Source: Acidobacteriota bacterium (GTDB taxonomy: Bacteria > Acidobacteriota > UBA4820 > DSQY01). Taken from it: DNA of 24,000 nt. Positions within the stretch are counted from its first letter, which is position 1, and each line of letters begins with the position of its first letter. The DNA lies in the NCBI GenBank assembly GCA_021833665.1, contig JAKBES010000005.1:1-24000 (forward strand). Direction: 5' to 3'. Positions 1 through 8,070 of this stretch are shown one piece after another. A program made the translations under genes and the position numbers. The notes under the pieces were generated by a model. The model was not told the DNA's origin, made no database searches, and saw only the letters and a list, made by a program, of their open reading frames with translations.

Positions 1-16
1 TGATATCCTTCTTCAT
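1..16 (-). CDS. 5' end of an unidentified minus-strand ORF that runs off the window (MKKDI...)
   Basis: ATG at 16-14 on the minus strand, preceded by GGAGA about 7 nt upstream. Only 5 codons are visible, so no product can be assigned. Confidence 0.2.
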
Positions 17-155
17 GGCCGGTCTCCTTTGGGCTTCGTGCCCTTAACCCTGGGGCCAGTTTACTGGACCCCGTGGAGGCCGGCCTCTTCATCCCATCTC
101 GCCTCTCCCCCCTCGCTTCTCGCACCTAATCGCTTCTTTTTTCGGCCTTTAGCCA

Positions 156-185
156 TTGACAGCCGCCGCTACCGGGGCGTATACT
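156..185 (+). promoter_or_regulatory. sigma70-like promoter for rpsA
   Basis: TTGACA (156-161), 18-nt spacer, TATACT (180-185). The predicted leader contains a 7-bp hairpin TTCCGTT/AACGGAA (192-210) and AGGAGG (227-232). Confidence 0.55.
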
Positions 186-241
186 TAGCGCTTCCGTTCT
201 AGCAACGGAAAATCGAAACCCAAAGCAGGAGGTAGTTGTAC

Positions 242-2029
242 ATGACCACAACTGACGAGAAGGGCCACACGGGTGAAATCGAGACCCCGAGCGTGCCCGC
301 GGATTGGCTCAACCTGACGTCCGACAACATTGGTGAAGGGTCCCCCGTTGATATGGGCGCCCTCCTCAAGGCCAACGTTGCGGAGCACACCGAGCGCCAG
401 CTAATCACGGGCCGCGTGGTGGCCATCACGCCCACGGACATCCTCATCGACGTGGGCCTGAAGAGCGAGGGCGTCGTTCCTCGCGAGGAGTTCACGAACG
501 GGCGCGGCGAGGTAATCGTCCAGCCCGGCGACGTGGTGGAGGTCTTCCTGGAGCGGATGGAAGACGCCAACGGCCACGTGGTCCTCAGCAAATCCAAGGC
601 CACCAAGATGAAGGCCTGGGAAGAGGTGGAGCACGCTTACAAGGAGGGCCGCCCCATCAAGGGCGTCATCCTCGACCGGGTCAAGGGCGGCTTGGCGGTG
701 GACGTGGGCGTCCGCGCCTTCCTCCCCGGCTCCCTCGTGGACCTGCAGCCCGTGCGCAACCTGCGCGCGCTCAAGGGCCAGGAAGTTGAGATGAAGGTCA
801 TCAAGGTCAACCGGAAGCGCGGCAACATCGTGCTCTCCCGGAAGGCCTGCCTAGAAGAGAAGGTCTCCGTTCAGAAGGAGCGCATTCTCGAAGCCGCCAA
901 GGCCGGCATGCCTCTCAAGGGCGTGGTCAAGAACCTCACCAATTTCGGCGCTTTCGTGGATCTTGGCGGCATCGATGGCCTCCTGCACGTGACGGACATG
1001 TCCTGGAAGCGCATCAACCATCCCTCCGAGATGTTCCAGGTGGGCGATGAGGTCGAGGTCCTGATCCTGAACTTCGACGAGGAAAACGGGAAGCTGCAGC
1101 TCGGCTTCAAGCAGAAGGATCCGTCGCCCTGGAAGAACGTGACCGACCGCTACCCCATCGGCAGCAAGGTTCGGGGCAAGGTCATCTCCCTCACCAACTA
1201 CGGCGCCTTCGTCGAGCTCGAGCCGGGCATCGAAGGCATGATTCACGTATCCGAGATGTCGTGGACCAAGAAGGTCAAGCACCCCTCCGCCGTCCTGAAC
1301 GTGGGCGACCTGGTGGAGGTGATCATTCTGGACATCGATTCGGACGCCCAGCGCATCTCCTTGGGCCTCAAGCAGGCCGAGCCGAACCCGTGGGATATCA
1401 TCACGGAAACGTACCGCGAGGGCGATCACGTCCGCGGGAAAGTCCGGAACATCACGGACTTCGGCATCTTCGTCGAGGTGCTGGACGGGGTGGACGGCTT
1501 GGTGCACATCTCCGACCTCTCCTGGAAGCGCGTGAACCACCCGAGCGAGATTCTCAAGAAGGGCGACGAGGTGGAGGCGGTCATCACCAACATCGACGCC
1601 GTGAACCAGCGCCTCTCCCTGAGCATCAAAGCGCTCCAGCCCGACATCTGGGAGAAATTCTTCCAGACCCATTACGTGGGTGACGTGGTCCCCGGCGCCG
1701 TGACCAAGATCGTGGACTTCGGCGCTTTCGTGGATCTGGGCGATGGCGTGGAAGGCCTCGTTCATATCTCCGAGCTCTCCGACAAGCACATCAGCAACTG
1801 CGCCGAGGTCGTCGACGTAGGCCAAACCTACCCCTTCAAGGTCATCCGCCTCGAGCCCGGCGACAAGCGCATCGGCCTCTCCCTCAAAGAGGGACAGAGG
1901 CGCGAGCGCCAGCACCGCGAGCGCGAGGAGGAAGTGTCCCGCCCGGCCCCCACGGATGAGAGCCGCACCAGCCTGGGCGACGTGGTGGACTTCCGGGGAT
2001 TCCAGAAAACGGAGGAGGAGGAGCAATGA
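242..2029 (+). CDS. rpsA: 30S ribosomal protein S1
   Basis: Six consecutive S1 OB-fold modules, e.g. VRGKVISLTNYGAFVELEPGIEGMIHVSEMS and VPGAVTKIVDFGAFVDLGDGVEGLVHISELS. The ATG at 242 lies 9 nt after AGGAGG; the ORF-track start at 236 is a TTG two codons upstream. Confidence 0.95.
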   Translation: MTTTDEKGHTGEIETPSVPADWLNLTSDNIGEGSPVDMGALLKANVAEHTERQLITGRVVAITPTDILIDVGLKSEGVVPREEFTNGRGEVIVQPGDVVEVFLERMEDANGHVVLSKSKATKMKAWEEVEHAYKEGRPIKGVILDRVKGGLAVDVGVRAFLPGSLVDLQPVRNLRALKGQEVEMKVIKVNRKRGNIVLSRKACLEEKVSVQKERILEAAKAGMPLKGVVKNLTNFGAFVDLGGIDGLLHVTDMSWKRINHPSEMFQVGDEVEVLILNFDEENGKLQLGFKQKDPSPWKNVTDRYPIGSKVRGKVISLTNYGAFVELEPGIEGMIHVSEMSWTKKVKHPSAVLNVGDLVEVIILDIDSDAQRISLGLKQAEPNPWDIITETYREGDHVRGKVRNITDFGIFVEVLDGVDGLVHISDLSWKRVNHPSEILKKGDEVEAVITNIDAVNQRLSLSIKALQPDIWEKFFQTHYVGDVVPGAVTKIVDFGAFVDLGDGVEGLVHISELSDKHISNCAEVVDVGQTYPFKVIRLEPGDKRIGLSLKEGQRRERQHREREEEVSRPAPTDESRTSLGDVVDFRGFQKTEEEEQ

Positions 2030-2301
2030 CGAAGGCGGATCTCATCGAACTCATCGCCAAGCGCTCCGACCTTCCCAAGAAGCCCGCGGAGATCGTCGTC
2101 AACACCATTTTCCAGTCCGTGACGGAAGCCTTGGAGTCGGGCGAGAAAGTGGAGCTTCGAGGCTTCGGCTCCTTCCGCATGAAGGTGCGCGAAGCACGCA
2201 CCGCCCGCAACCCCAAGACAGGCGAGAAGGTCCAAGTGGACAAGAAGAAGGTGCCCACGTTCCGCGCTGGCAAAGAGTTAAAGGAAGCGGTAAACAAGTA
2301 G
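2026..2301 (+). CDS. ihfB: HU/IHF-family DNA-binding protein, IHF beta-like
   Basis: 91 aa with MTKADLIE...LRGFGSF...ARNPKTGEKV...FRAGKELK, typical of the HU/IHF fold and retaining the beta-arm proline. ATGA overlap with the rpsA stop. rpsA-ihfB is a classical synteny. Confidence 0.85.
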   Translation: MTKADLIELIAKRSDLPKKPAEIVVNTIFQSVTEALESGEKVELRGFGSFRMKVREARTARNPKTGEKVQVDKKKVPTFRAGKELKEAVNK

Positions 2302-2304
2302 TCC

Positions 2305-2334
2305 GTGATCGGGTGATCTTGTGATCAGGTGATC
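2305..2334. repeat. tandem array of 4 x GTGATC with an 8-bp period
   Basis: GTGATC at 2305, 2313, 2321 and 2329, each followed by 2 variable nt (GG, TT, AG, GA). It lies between the ihfB stop and the terminator hairpin. Confidence 0.85.
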
Positions 2335-2343
2335 GAAAGACAT

Positions 2344-2396
2344 GGGGCACGGAGCTGGGCAGCGATGGCCGGGTTCCGTGCCCCTTCTCCTTTTCC
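2344..2396 (+). terminator. probable intrinsic terminator of rpsA-ihfB
   Basis: 10-bp stem GGGGCACGGA (2344-2353) / TCCGTGCCCC (2375-2384) with a 21-nt loop, followed by the T-rich tail TTCTCCTTTTCC. Confidence 0.55.
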
Positions 2397-2462
2397 CGGT
2401 CCCATGACCTCTTGATCTCCCGGTCGTCCCATGGCCAGGCCCGCGTCAAAGGGGGAGGTCCT

Positions 2463-2954
2463 ATGCGTTTCGTCTTTTCACCCTGGCGGCTGGACTACGT
2501 GACGTCGAAGAAATGCCCCGACGGATGCGTCTTTTGCCAGGCCTTCGAACGGGAACCCTCCCCCGACAACCTGGTCCTCTACCGCGACGAACGCCTGGCC
2601 GTCATGCTCAACCGCTACCCGTACACCAACGGGCACATGATGGTCATCCCCCGCCCCCACGTGGATACGCTTACCGGTTTGGAGGCGGGCACCCGGGCCG
2701 CATCCGCCGAGGCCATTACCTTCTGCGAGGCCCTGCTGCGCCGCCTCTACCATGCCCACGGCGTCAACGTGGGCCTCAACCTCGGTGACGCGGCGGGAGC
2801 GGGTATCGCGGAGCACCTCCACTGGCACATCCTGCCCAGGTGGAACGGGGACACGAACTTCGTGACCCTCATCGGCGAGACCCGCGTCATTCCCGAGGAT
2901 CTATCCTCGACCTTCGCCCGGTTGCGGCCCGAATTCCCGGACCGGATCGAGTGA
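2463..2954 (+). CDS. HIT-family nucleotide hydrolase/transferase (Ap4A-phosphorylase-like branch)
   Basis: Histidine-triad motif HLHWHILPRWNGDTNF, N-terminal PWRLDYV...CVFC, and NRYPYTNGHMMVIP. The ATG at 2463 lies 4 nt after GGGGGAGG. The ORF-track start at 2412 adds an implausible 17-aa extension. Confidence 0.85.
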   Translation: MRFVFSPWRLDYVTSKKCPDGCVFCQAFEREPSPDNLVLYRDERLAVMLNRYPYTNGHMMVIPRPHVDTLTGLEAGTRAASAEAITFCEALLRRLYHAHGVNVGLNLGDAAGAGIAEHLHWHILPRWNGDTNFVTLIGETRVIPEDLSSTFARLRPEFPDRIE

Positions 2955-3017
2955 AAACCTGACCACGCGCGGCGGCGCGACACCCGGGGCCAGGTGCCGT
3001 CGAACCATCCCACGCAG

Positions 3018-4787
3018 TCAACCATCCGCGCGGACGATCCTGTTTTTCCCCTGATCCTTGGCTTGGTAAAGCGCCTCATCCAACCGCCGAAGGATATTTG
3101 GGAGATCCTGCTCGCCCTTGAGGTCGTCGGAGTGGAGGACACTGACGGAGCAACCCAGATGGAGGCCGAAGGCCTCCTCCTTGGGGAGGCCCGAGGCCGC
3201 CACCATGGCCCGGACCCGCTCGGCCTTTTCCATGGCGTCGGCCGGCGGGCAATTGAGCAGAAGCATGATGAACTCGTCGCCCCCATACCGGGCAGGGACG
3301 TCCTCGCGGCGCGTGGCCTTTCGGAGCAGTTCCCCGATGCGGTGAAGCACCTTATCGCCGCCGCTGTGGCCCAAGTGGTCGTTCACGGCCTTGAAGTCGT
3401 CCAGGTCCAACATGAGGAGGGCGAAAGGAGCCCGGTGCCTGCTGGAGTAAGCCAATTCCTCGTCTAGCCTGTAGATGAAGTAGGACCTGTTGTACAGGCC
3501 CGTGAGCGGGTCCTGTATGGCCTGCAAGTGCAGGAAGCAGTTCTCCAGTGCCACGACGAGCGTCTGGCCGCACGTTTGAAGGAGCCACTCGCGTTCGTCG
3601 AGAGGAACTCCCTTCTTGTACGAGTAAACGACGATGCCACCGAAGGGCTCTCCCCCGTGCATCAGCGGAAGCCCAAAGACCGAGTCGGGGATCATGAAGG
3701 GTGCCGTCTCCAGAGGCATGAGGAATTCAAAGAGCCGCTCACCAAGCCGCTTGCTGGGCTCCGACAGGGGAAGTTGGTCGTATTGGAACCGCTTCTCTTC
3801 AGAGAGGTACGTGGAGCGGCTTTTGCCACCTTCCACCTGGACCAGGTAAATGGCGTTGGCGTAGCGCTGATAGAACACGACGCCGATGCCATCCGTGGGC
3901 AGCGATTCGGCCAAGGCCCGAGTGTAGGATTCCACCATGGGCATGACGTCGAGGCCCGAGCTGGCCGCCGCAGATACGCGGCTCAAGATGGTCAAATCCT
4001 CCACCCGGCGGTGGAGCTCCGCCTGCGTGCTGGTGAGGGTGCCCAGGAGCCACGAGGCGGAGAGGATGAACCCTCCCAGCATGACGAAGGAGCCGAATCC
4101 CAGCAGGTGGACGACGAGAACCATGAGGAATCCCAGGGAGCAAATGGCGAAGGAGTGGATCACGTCCACGGTGAACGTGTCCTTCATGTAAGCCTTGAGG
4201 TCCTCGCCTTTTAGGAAGTCGCGGGGCATGTAGAAAAGATTGTTCACCAGGAAGTAGGCCAGGAACGCCGCCACGGCGGGCCAAAGCTCGCGCTGCTCCG
4301 CGGTGGGCACCAACTCCCCTCCCGCGAGCTTGTACACGATCCACGCGGACCCGAACCGCAAAAGGCGGTTGCCAACGTTCCCGAAGAGGGTGTCCGTCCA
4401 TGCCGGCCACAGCCCGCTCTTGTCTTTGGCCCGGTAGGCAAAATCCACCAGGCTCGTGAGGGCGGCGAGGGCGGTGCCGGCCGCCGGGGAAACCAGGAAG
4501 AAGGCCGCCGTCGCGAAAGAGATGTCGAAGGAGATATAGTAGCCCCCGGCCATCCTGAATTTCACCCGGACGGCCGCCCATGACGCCGCAAAGAGGCTCA
4601 CGAGGATGACCAGAAAACCTGCCGCGGAGCCCAAACCCAGAACCCGGGCGGGGGCGGATGAGAAGGAGTACGCCCCTGGCGGGCCCCATAGGGCTATGGC
4701 TCCCCACAGCGAGAGGCCGAGGGCCAGTTGGATGTAACCGTAAGCGTTAAGGAGGCGTTCCTTCGCCCGCTCCATGCCCACGAGCAT
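3018..4787 (-). CDS. membrane-bound diguanylate cyclase (multi-TM sensor, GAF, GGDEF)
   Basis: The N-terminal ~260 aa form multiple hydrophobic helices, followed by a central GAF-like region. The C-terminal GGDEF domain has LTGLYNRSYF and RYGGDEF, with an RRED I-site 5 residues upstream. Confidence 0.9.
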   Translation of the reverse strand: MLVGMERAKERLLNAYGYIQLALGLSLWGAIALWGPPGAYSFSSAPARVLGLGSAAGFLVILVSLFAASWAAVRVKFRMAGGYYISFDISFATAAFFLVSPAAGTALAALTSLVDFAYRAKDKSGLWPAWTDTLFGNVGNRLLRFGSAWIVYKLAGGELVPTAEQRELWPAVAAFLAYFLVNNLFYMPRDFLKGEDLKAYMKDTFTVDVIHSFAICSLGFLMVLVVHLLGFGSFVMLGGFILSASWLLGTLTSTQAELHRRVEDLTILSRVSAAASSGLDVMPMVESYTRALAESLPTDGIGVVFYQRYANAIYLVQVEGGKSRSTYLSEEKRFQYDQLPLSEPSKRLGERLFEFLMPLETAPFMIPDSVFGLPLMHGGEPFGGIVVYSYKKGVPLDEREWLLQTCGQTLVVALENCFLHLQAIQDPLTGLYNRSYFIYRLDEELAYSSRHRAPFALLMLDLDDFKAVNDHLGHSGGDKVLHRIGELLRKATRREDVPARYGGDEFIMLLLNCPPADAMEKAERVRAMVAASGLPKEEAFGLHLGCSVSVLHSDDLKGEQDLPNILRRLDEALYQAKDQGKNRIVRADG

Positions 4788-4831
4788 ACACCCGGCGAGG
4801 CCAGATAGCTAGTGAAATGCTTGCCGCATGG

Positions 4832-6040
4832 CTATTCGAGACGCCTCACGAAGACCGCCGTGCGATCGTCCACGTAGGAGCCCGGGGCGGCCCAGGCGGC
4901 GGCTTCCTCCAAGAGGCCGAGTACCACATCGCGGGCTGGGCTCCGCTCGGCCCGCGCGCGCACGTAGTCGAGGATCCTCCGCTCGCCGAACTCTTCGCCC
5001 CCCGCGTTCATGGCCTCGCTGATGCCGTCCGTGTACATGATCACGAAGTCCCCCGGTTCCAGCTTGAAAAAACCTCTGAAATACGTGGATGTGGAGGATG
5101 GCCCCAGGACCATTCCCCCTTCGCTCATGGGGTAGAACCGGTCTTTCTTGCGCCGGTAGTAGAAGGGCGGCAGGTGGCCCGCGTTGCAGTAGATCATGTT
5201 GCCTCCCGCATCAAGCTCCGCGTAGAAGAGGGATACGAACCTGGACGTGAGCCTTGACCGGTGGATGACCTTGTTGAGGCGCTCGAAGACCTTCACCATC
5301 TTCTGGTCCTCGGAGATCCCCATCCGCAGCCCCGTGATGACGTCACGAGCCTGGAGAGCCGCGGGCAGCCCGTGCCCCGTGGCATCTCCGATGGCCATCC
5401 CCAGGATGTGCGGATTAATCTGGACGAAATCGTAAACGTCTCCCCCCACGATTTCGGCGGGCTGAGAGCGCCCTGAGATTTCGTAACCTGGAAAAACTAC
5501 ATCCCCTTCGGGCAGAAGCGAGAGCTGGATTTCCTGGCTCTGGAGGATGATGCTCTCCAGCTTCTCCTTGGCGAGCTTGAGGTTGATGGAATGTCGTATG
5601 CTGGAAAGGGCGAAAAGGACGTCGTCCCCGTTGTCCTCCCGTTCCGGCTCGATGCTGAAGGCCACCACGTAGCCGTTCTCTGCGCCCACGGTGATGGCCG
5701 TGAAGCGCTCCACGCCGAGCTGTTCCTCGATGGCGGGATCCACACCCTTGGTATCCAAGCCGGCATAGATGATCCCCGAGCGCATGAGAGCAGCGATGGG
5801 CGGATAGCTCATGGGAATGCTGAACCCGATGGGCGCCTGCGTCCCCGCCCCAAACCTGGCCTCCAGCCGGTAGAACCCCTCGTCTCGCACGTAGAGGCGG
5901 GCCCCCGTGAAGCCGAATTCCTCGGCGAAGTCCGACAGGATGCTCTCGATGATGAGCCCAAGGGTTTGGGTGAGGCTCTGCTGGTTTTCGATGTCGTTGA
6001 GGTGTCTCTCGACTTTTCGGAACAATTGCCGGTAGTCCAT
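4832..6040 (-). CDS. GAF-domain PP2C/SpoIIE-family serine phosphatase (RsbU-like)
   Basis: N-terminal GAF-like region, then SpoIIE motifs GGDVYDF, IGDATGHGLPAAL, YCNAGHLPP, MYTDGISEA and DDRTAVFVR. Confidence 0.9.
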   Translation of the reverse strand: MDYRQLFRKVERHLNDIENQQSLTQTLGLIIESILSDFAEEFGFTGARLYVRDEGFYRLEARFGAGTQAPIGFSIPMSYPPIAALMRSGIIYAGLDTKGVDPAIEEQLGVERFTAITVGAENGYVVAFSIEPEREDNGDDVLFALSSIRHSINLKLAKEKLESIILQSQEIQLSLLPEGDVVFPGYEISGRSQPAEIVGGDVYDFVQINPHILGMAIGDATGHGLPAALQARDVITGLRMGISEDQKMVKVFERLNKVIHRSRLTSRFVSLFYAELDAGGNMIYCNAGHLPPFYYRRKKDRFYPMSEGGMVLGPSSTSTYFRGFFKLEPGDFVIMYTDGISEAMNAGGEEFGERRILDYVRARAERSPARDVVLGLLEEAAAWAAPGSYVDDRTAVFVRRLE

Positions 6041-6075
6041 CGGTTCGCCTTCCGGAGAAGAGGCCTCTGCCAGCG

Positions 6076-6103
6076 AAAAAAGCCCCAGGATATTCCTGGG
6101 GCT
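6076..6103 (-). terminator. intrinsic terminator downstream of tRNA-Pro
   Basis: The minus strand reads AGCCCCAGG-AAUAU-CCUGGGGCU followed by UUUUU. The stem is 9 bp and perfect. Confidence 0.8.
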
Positions 6104-6119
6104 CTTGTGAACGGTTTAG

Positions 6120-6196
6120 TGGTCGGGACGACTGGATTTGAACCAGCGACCCCTTGCACCCCAAGCAAGTGCGCTACCAGGCTGCGCCACGTCCCG
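6120..6196 (-). tRNA. tRNA-Pro (anticodon GGG)
   Basis: The reverse complement folds as a 77-nt cloverleaf. Acceptor CGGGACG/CGTCCCG, D-arm GCGC-AGCCTGGTA-GCGC, anticodon arm CTTGC-TTGGGGT-GCAAG (GGG, G37), T-arm GCTGG-TTCAAAT-CCAGT, discriminator A and an encoded CCA. Confidence 0.95.
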
Positions 6197-6251
6197 ACCA
6201 GTGAAAAGGGAGCAGACGCTCCCGGGGACATGATTTATACCACAGGCCGGC

Positions 6252-6665
6252 TCAGCTGTCAAAAGGCCGCGGACGATTCAAGATGTCGTGCAGGCGAAGC
6301 AGGCCTTCGCGGAGCTGCCCCAGCAACTCTCCCGAACCCTGCGCCCCCCCCTGATCAAGTTGCACCCCATCCTTCCAGGAGCTCAGCGACTCTCTGGCGC
6401 CTTTGATGGTGAACCGCTTGCTGTACAGGAGGTCCTTGATGTGGAGAATGACCTGGATGTCCCTCTTTTTGTACAGACGGTGGCCCGACCGCGTCTTGTT
6501 GGGGGCGAGTTGGGGAAACTGCTTCTCCCAGAACCGGAGCACGTGGGAAGGCACGCCCGTGATGTCGCCCACTTCGCCGATCTTGTAGTACAACTTCTGG
6601 GGAAACGCGTCCGCCGTGAACGGCGTCTCCCCTGGAGGTGCGTTTTTCTTAGCCGTGCTTCTCAT
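6252..6665 (-). CDS. MerR-family transcriptional regulator (short type, no obvious effector domain)
   Basis: YKIGEVGDITGVPSHVLRFWEKQFPQL...SGHRLYKKRDIQVILHIKDLL is the MerR HTH/wing signature. A MerR gene between ihfA and tRNA-Pro is a common synteny. Confidence 0.85.
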   Translation of the reverse strand: MRSTAKKNAPPGETPFTADAFPQKLYYKIGEVGDITGVPSHVLRFWEKQFPQLAPNKTRSGHRLYKKRDIQVILHIKDLLYSKRFTIKGARESLSSWKDGVQLDQGGAQGSGELLGQLREGLLRLHDILNRPRPFDS

Positions 6666-6939
6666 GGTCTTCCGTTGCCATCCATTGACGTGACGGAACG
6701 AAAACGACCGTCTTCCGCTCCGGTATTGAGACGGGTTTTCCCTTGCTCAGGTCTCTGCCCGTCCGCGCTTTCCGCTTGACGACCCGAAACGTCCCGAAGC
6801 CGGAGAGAACCAGGCGGCCTTCTTGGCAAATGCCTTCCGTCATAGCATCGAGCACTTGCTCGACGACTTGTTGAGCGGAGGCATACGTCATCCCCCCGTG
6901 AGCGAGATACACCCTTCTGGCCAAATCCGCACGTGTCAT
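6649..6939 (-). CDS. ihfA: HU/IHF-family DNA-binding protein, IHF alpha-like by synteny but with a divergent beta-arm
   Basis: 96 aa: MTRADLARRV...LSGFGTFRVVKRKARTGRDLSKGKPVSIPERKTVVF. The ATG at 6939 is preferred; the ORF-track start at 6969 is a TTG lying inside the predicted promoter. Overlaps the MerR start by 17 nt. Confidence 0.7.
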   Translation of the reverse strand: MTRADLARRVYLAHGGMTYASAQQVVEQVLDAMTEGICQEGRLVLSGFGTFRVVKRKARTGRDLSKGKPVSIPERKTVVFVPSRQWMATEDHEKHG

Positions 6940-6960
6940 GTGGGCATCCGATCCTTGGTG

Positions 6961-6989
6961 AGTATACAATCTTAACTATTCTTTTGCAA
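6961..6989 (-). promoter_or_regulatory. sigma70-like promoter for the ihfA-like/MerR/tRNA-Pro unit
   Basis: The minus strand reads TTGCAA (6989-6984), 17-nt spacer, TATACT (6966-6961), in an AT-rich spacer. Confidence 0.55.
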
Positions 6990-7008
6990 CTCCTTCGGAC
7001 CGAAGGAG
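6990..7008 (-). terminator. hairpin downstream of thiD (weak terminator candidate)
   Basis: CTCCTTCG-GAC-CGAAGGAG, an 8-bp stem. No proper U-run follows on the minus strand (TTGCAAAAG). Confidence 0.3.
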
Positions 7009-7054
7009 ATTTGAGTCTGTTCGTCCGCCGTCGGCCCCTCGTGAGACCTCTATG

Positions 7055-7843
7055 TTACATGGGAACGGTGTGGTTGAGCGGGCCCTTGCCCTTGCCAATC
7101 TGGAAAGGGTGCTGGACGGCCTTGGCGATGTATTTTTTGCTCCTGTCGATGGCCTCCGCCGGGAGGCAGCCCTTGGCAAGGAGGGCGCAAAGGGACGCCG
7201 AGAAGGTATGGCCTATGCCCAGGACGTTCTGGCTTGCCAGGCGGGGGGCATCGAAGAGGTGGTAACCCTGGCCGTCGTACCAAACGTCGATGGCCCGGGT
7301 GCCCTCCAGGGCCCCACCCGTAACGATGACATTGCGGGGGCCCATCTGCTGGATCCGCCTTGCCGCCTCCTTGGCTGAGGGGATATCCGTCACGGCCATC
7401 CCGGAAAGGGCCTCCGCCTCATGCCGGTTGGGTGTGGCCACAAAGGCCAGGGGAAGAAGCTTATCCTTCATGGCTCGTAGGCCTTCCTCGTCCAGCATGG
7501 GCTCCCCGGTGGCCGCCAAGATGACAGGGTCGAGGACATACCCGTCTTTGAGGTGAAACGCATCAATGAGGGACGCCACGATCTGCACGTTGGCCGCCGT
7601 TGCCAGGATTCCCGACTTGACACCGTGGACTTTCATGTCTGAGGCGATCGCTTCGATCTGCTGCCCGACCATCTCCATGGATACGGCGCTGAGAGCCTGA
7701 ACGGCCAGCGAGTTCTGCGCCATGATGGCCGTAACGGCGGCGGCCCCGTACACCCGAAAGGTCTGAAACGTCTTGAGGTCGCATGCAACGCCCGTGGCGC
7801 CCGAAGAATCAAAGGCGGATATGGTCAAAATCGTTCTGTTCAT
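7055..7843 (-). CDS. thiD: hydroxymethylpyrimidine/phosphomethylpyrimidine kinase
   Basis: ILTISAFDSSGATGVACDLKTF...VKSGIL...PNRHEAEAL...VTGG...GIGHTFSASL is the ThiD/ribokinase-fold signature. The ATG at 7843 lies 10 nt after GGGAGG and gives a typical 262 aa. Confidence 0.9.
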   Translation of the reverse strand: MNRTILTISAFDSSGATGVACDLKTFQTFRVYGAAAVTAIMAQNSLAVQALSAVSMEMVGQQIEAIASDMKVHGVKSGILATAANVQIVASLIDAFHLKDGYVLDPVILAATGEPMLDEEGLRAMKDKLLPLAFVATPNRHEAEALSGMAVTDIPSAKEAARRIQQMGPRNVIVTGGALEGTRAIDVWYDGQGYHLFDAPRLASQNVLGIGHTFSASLCALLAKGCLPAEAIDRSKKYIAKAVQHPFQIGKGKGPLNHTVPM

Positions 7844-7943
7844 GTTCGCCTGGCCTCCCAAGGTTTCTATCATACCTCCGAAGGCTTCTCATGAGGGCCA
7901 CCCCTGCGTCCCCACCGCGAAGATAACCTACGGGGCTGGGGTG

Positions 7944-7972
7944 TTGACAACAACCAGGCGCGGGTGTAGAGT
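7944..7972 (+). promoter_or_regulatory. sigma70-like promoter upstream of the lipoprotein/Ldt cassette
   Basis: TTGACA (7944-7949), 17-nt spacer, TAGAGT (7967-7972). Confidence 0.5.
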
Positions 7973-7978
7973 ACGCCA

Positions 7979-8070
7979 TGGTGAACGGCCTCTCGTGGGT
8001 CCAACACCACCGGCGCTGGGCCTCAACCCATAGGTGGCTCGGGCTGGATCGGAACGGTCGAGTCATTTTT
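7979..8070 (+). promoter_or_regulatory. possible structured 5' leader or ~90-nt small RNA ending in a terminator-like hairpin
   Basis: Downstream of the predicted promoter, GGCTC (8036-8040) pairs with GAGTC (8060-8064), enclosing an inner GATC/GGTC stem. ATTTTT (8065-8070) follows. Alternative GGTGG/CCACC pairings exist upstream. No match to any riboswitch I can recognise. Confidence 0.25.

Noticed and set aside
851-2026. 391-aa ORF antisense to rpsA
   Set aside because: It lies fully inside the very confident rpsA CDS. Its composition (runs of H/D/G/L/V/A mirroring S1 codons) is typical of antisense frames in GC-rich DNA. No RBS and no recognisable domain.
2305-2334. Short tandem repeats (here and at 18248-18275) as CRISPR-like arrays
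   Set aside because: The units are 7-8 bp with no spacers, far below CRISPR repeat and spacer sizes, and no cas genes are present.
6041-6251. tRNA-Pro as an integration site for a genomic island
   Set aside because: There is no integrase, no repeat of the tRNA 3' end, and no compositional break. The flanking genes are the usual ihfA/MerR context and a signalling gene with native-looking codon usage.
7844-7980. Possible TPP riboswitch upstream of thiD
   Set aside because: Reading the minus strand, I find neither the CUGAGA box nor the ACCUGAUCUGGAUAAUGCCAGCG-like pyrophosphate-sensor helix. Only a vague GGGGTGG...ATGAGA resemblance is present.
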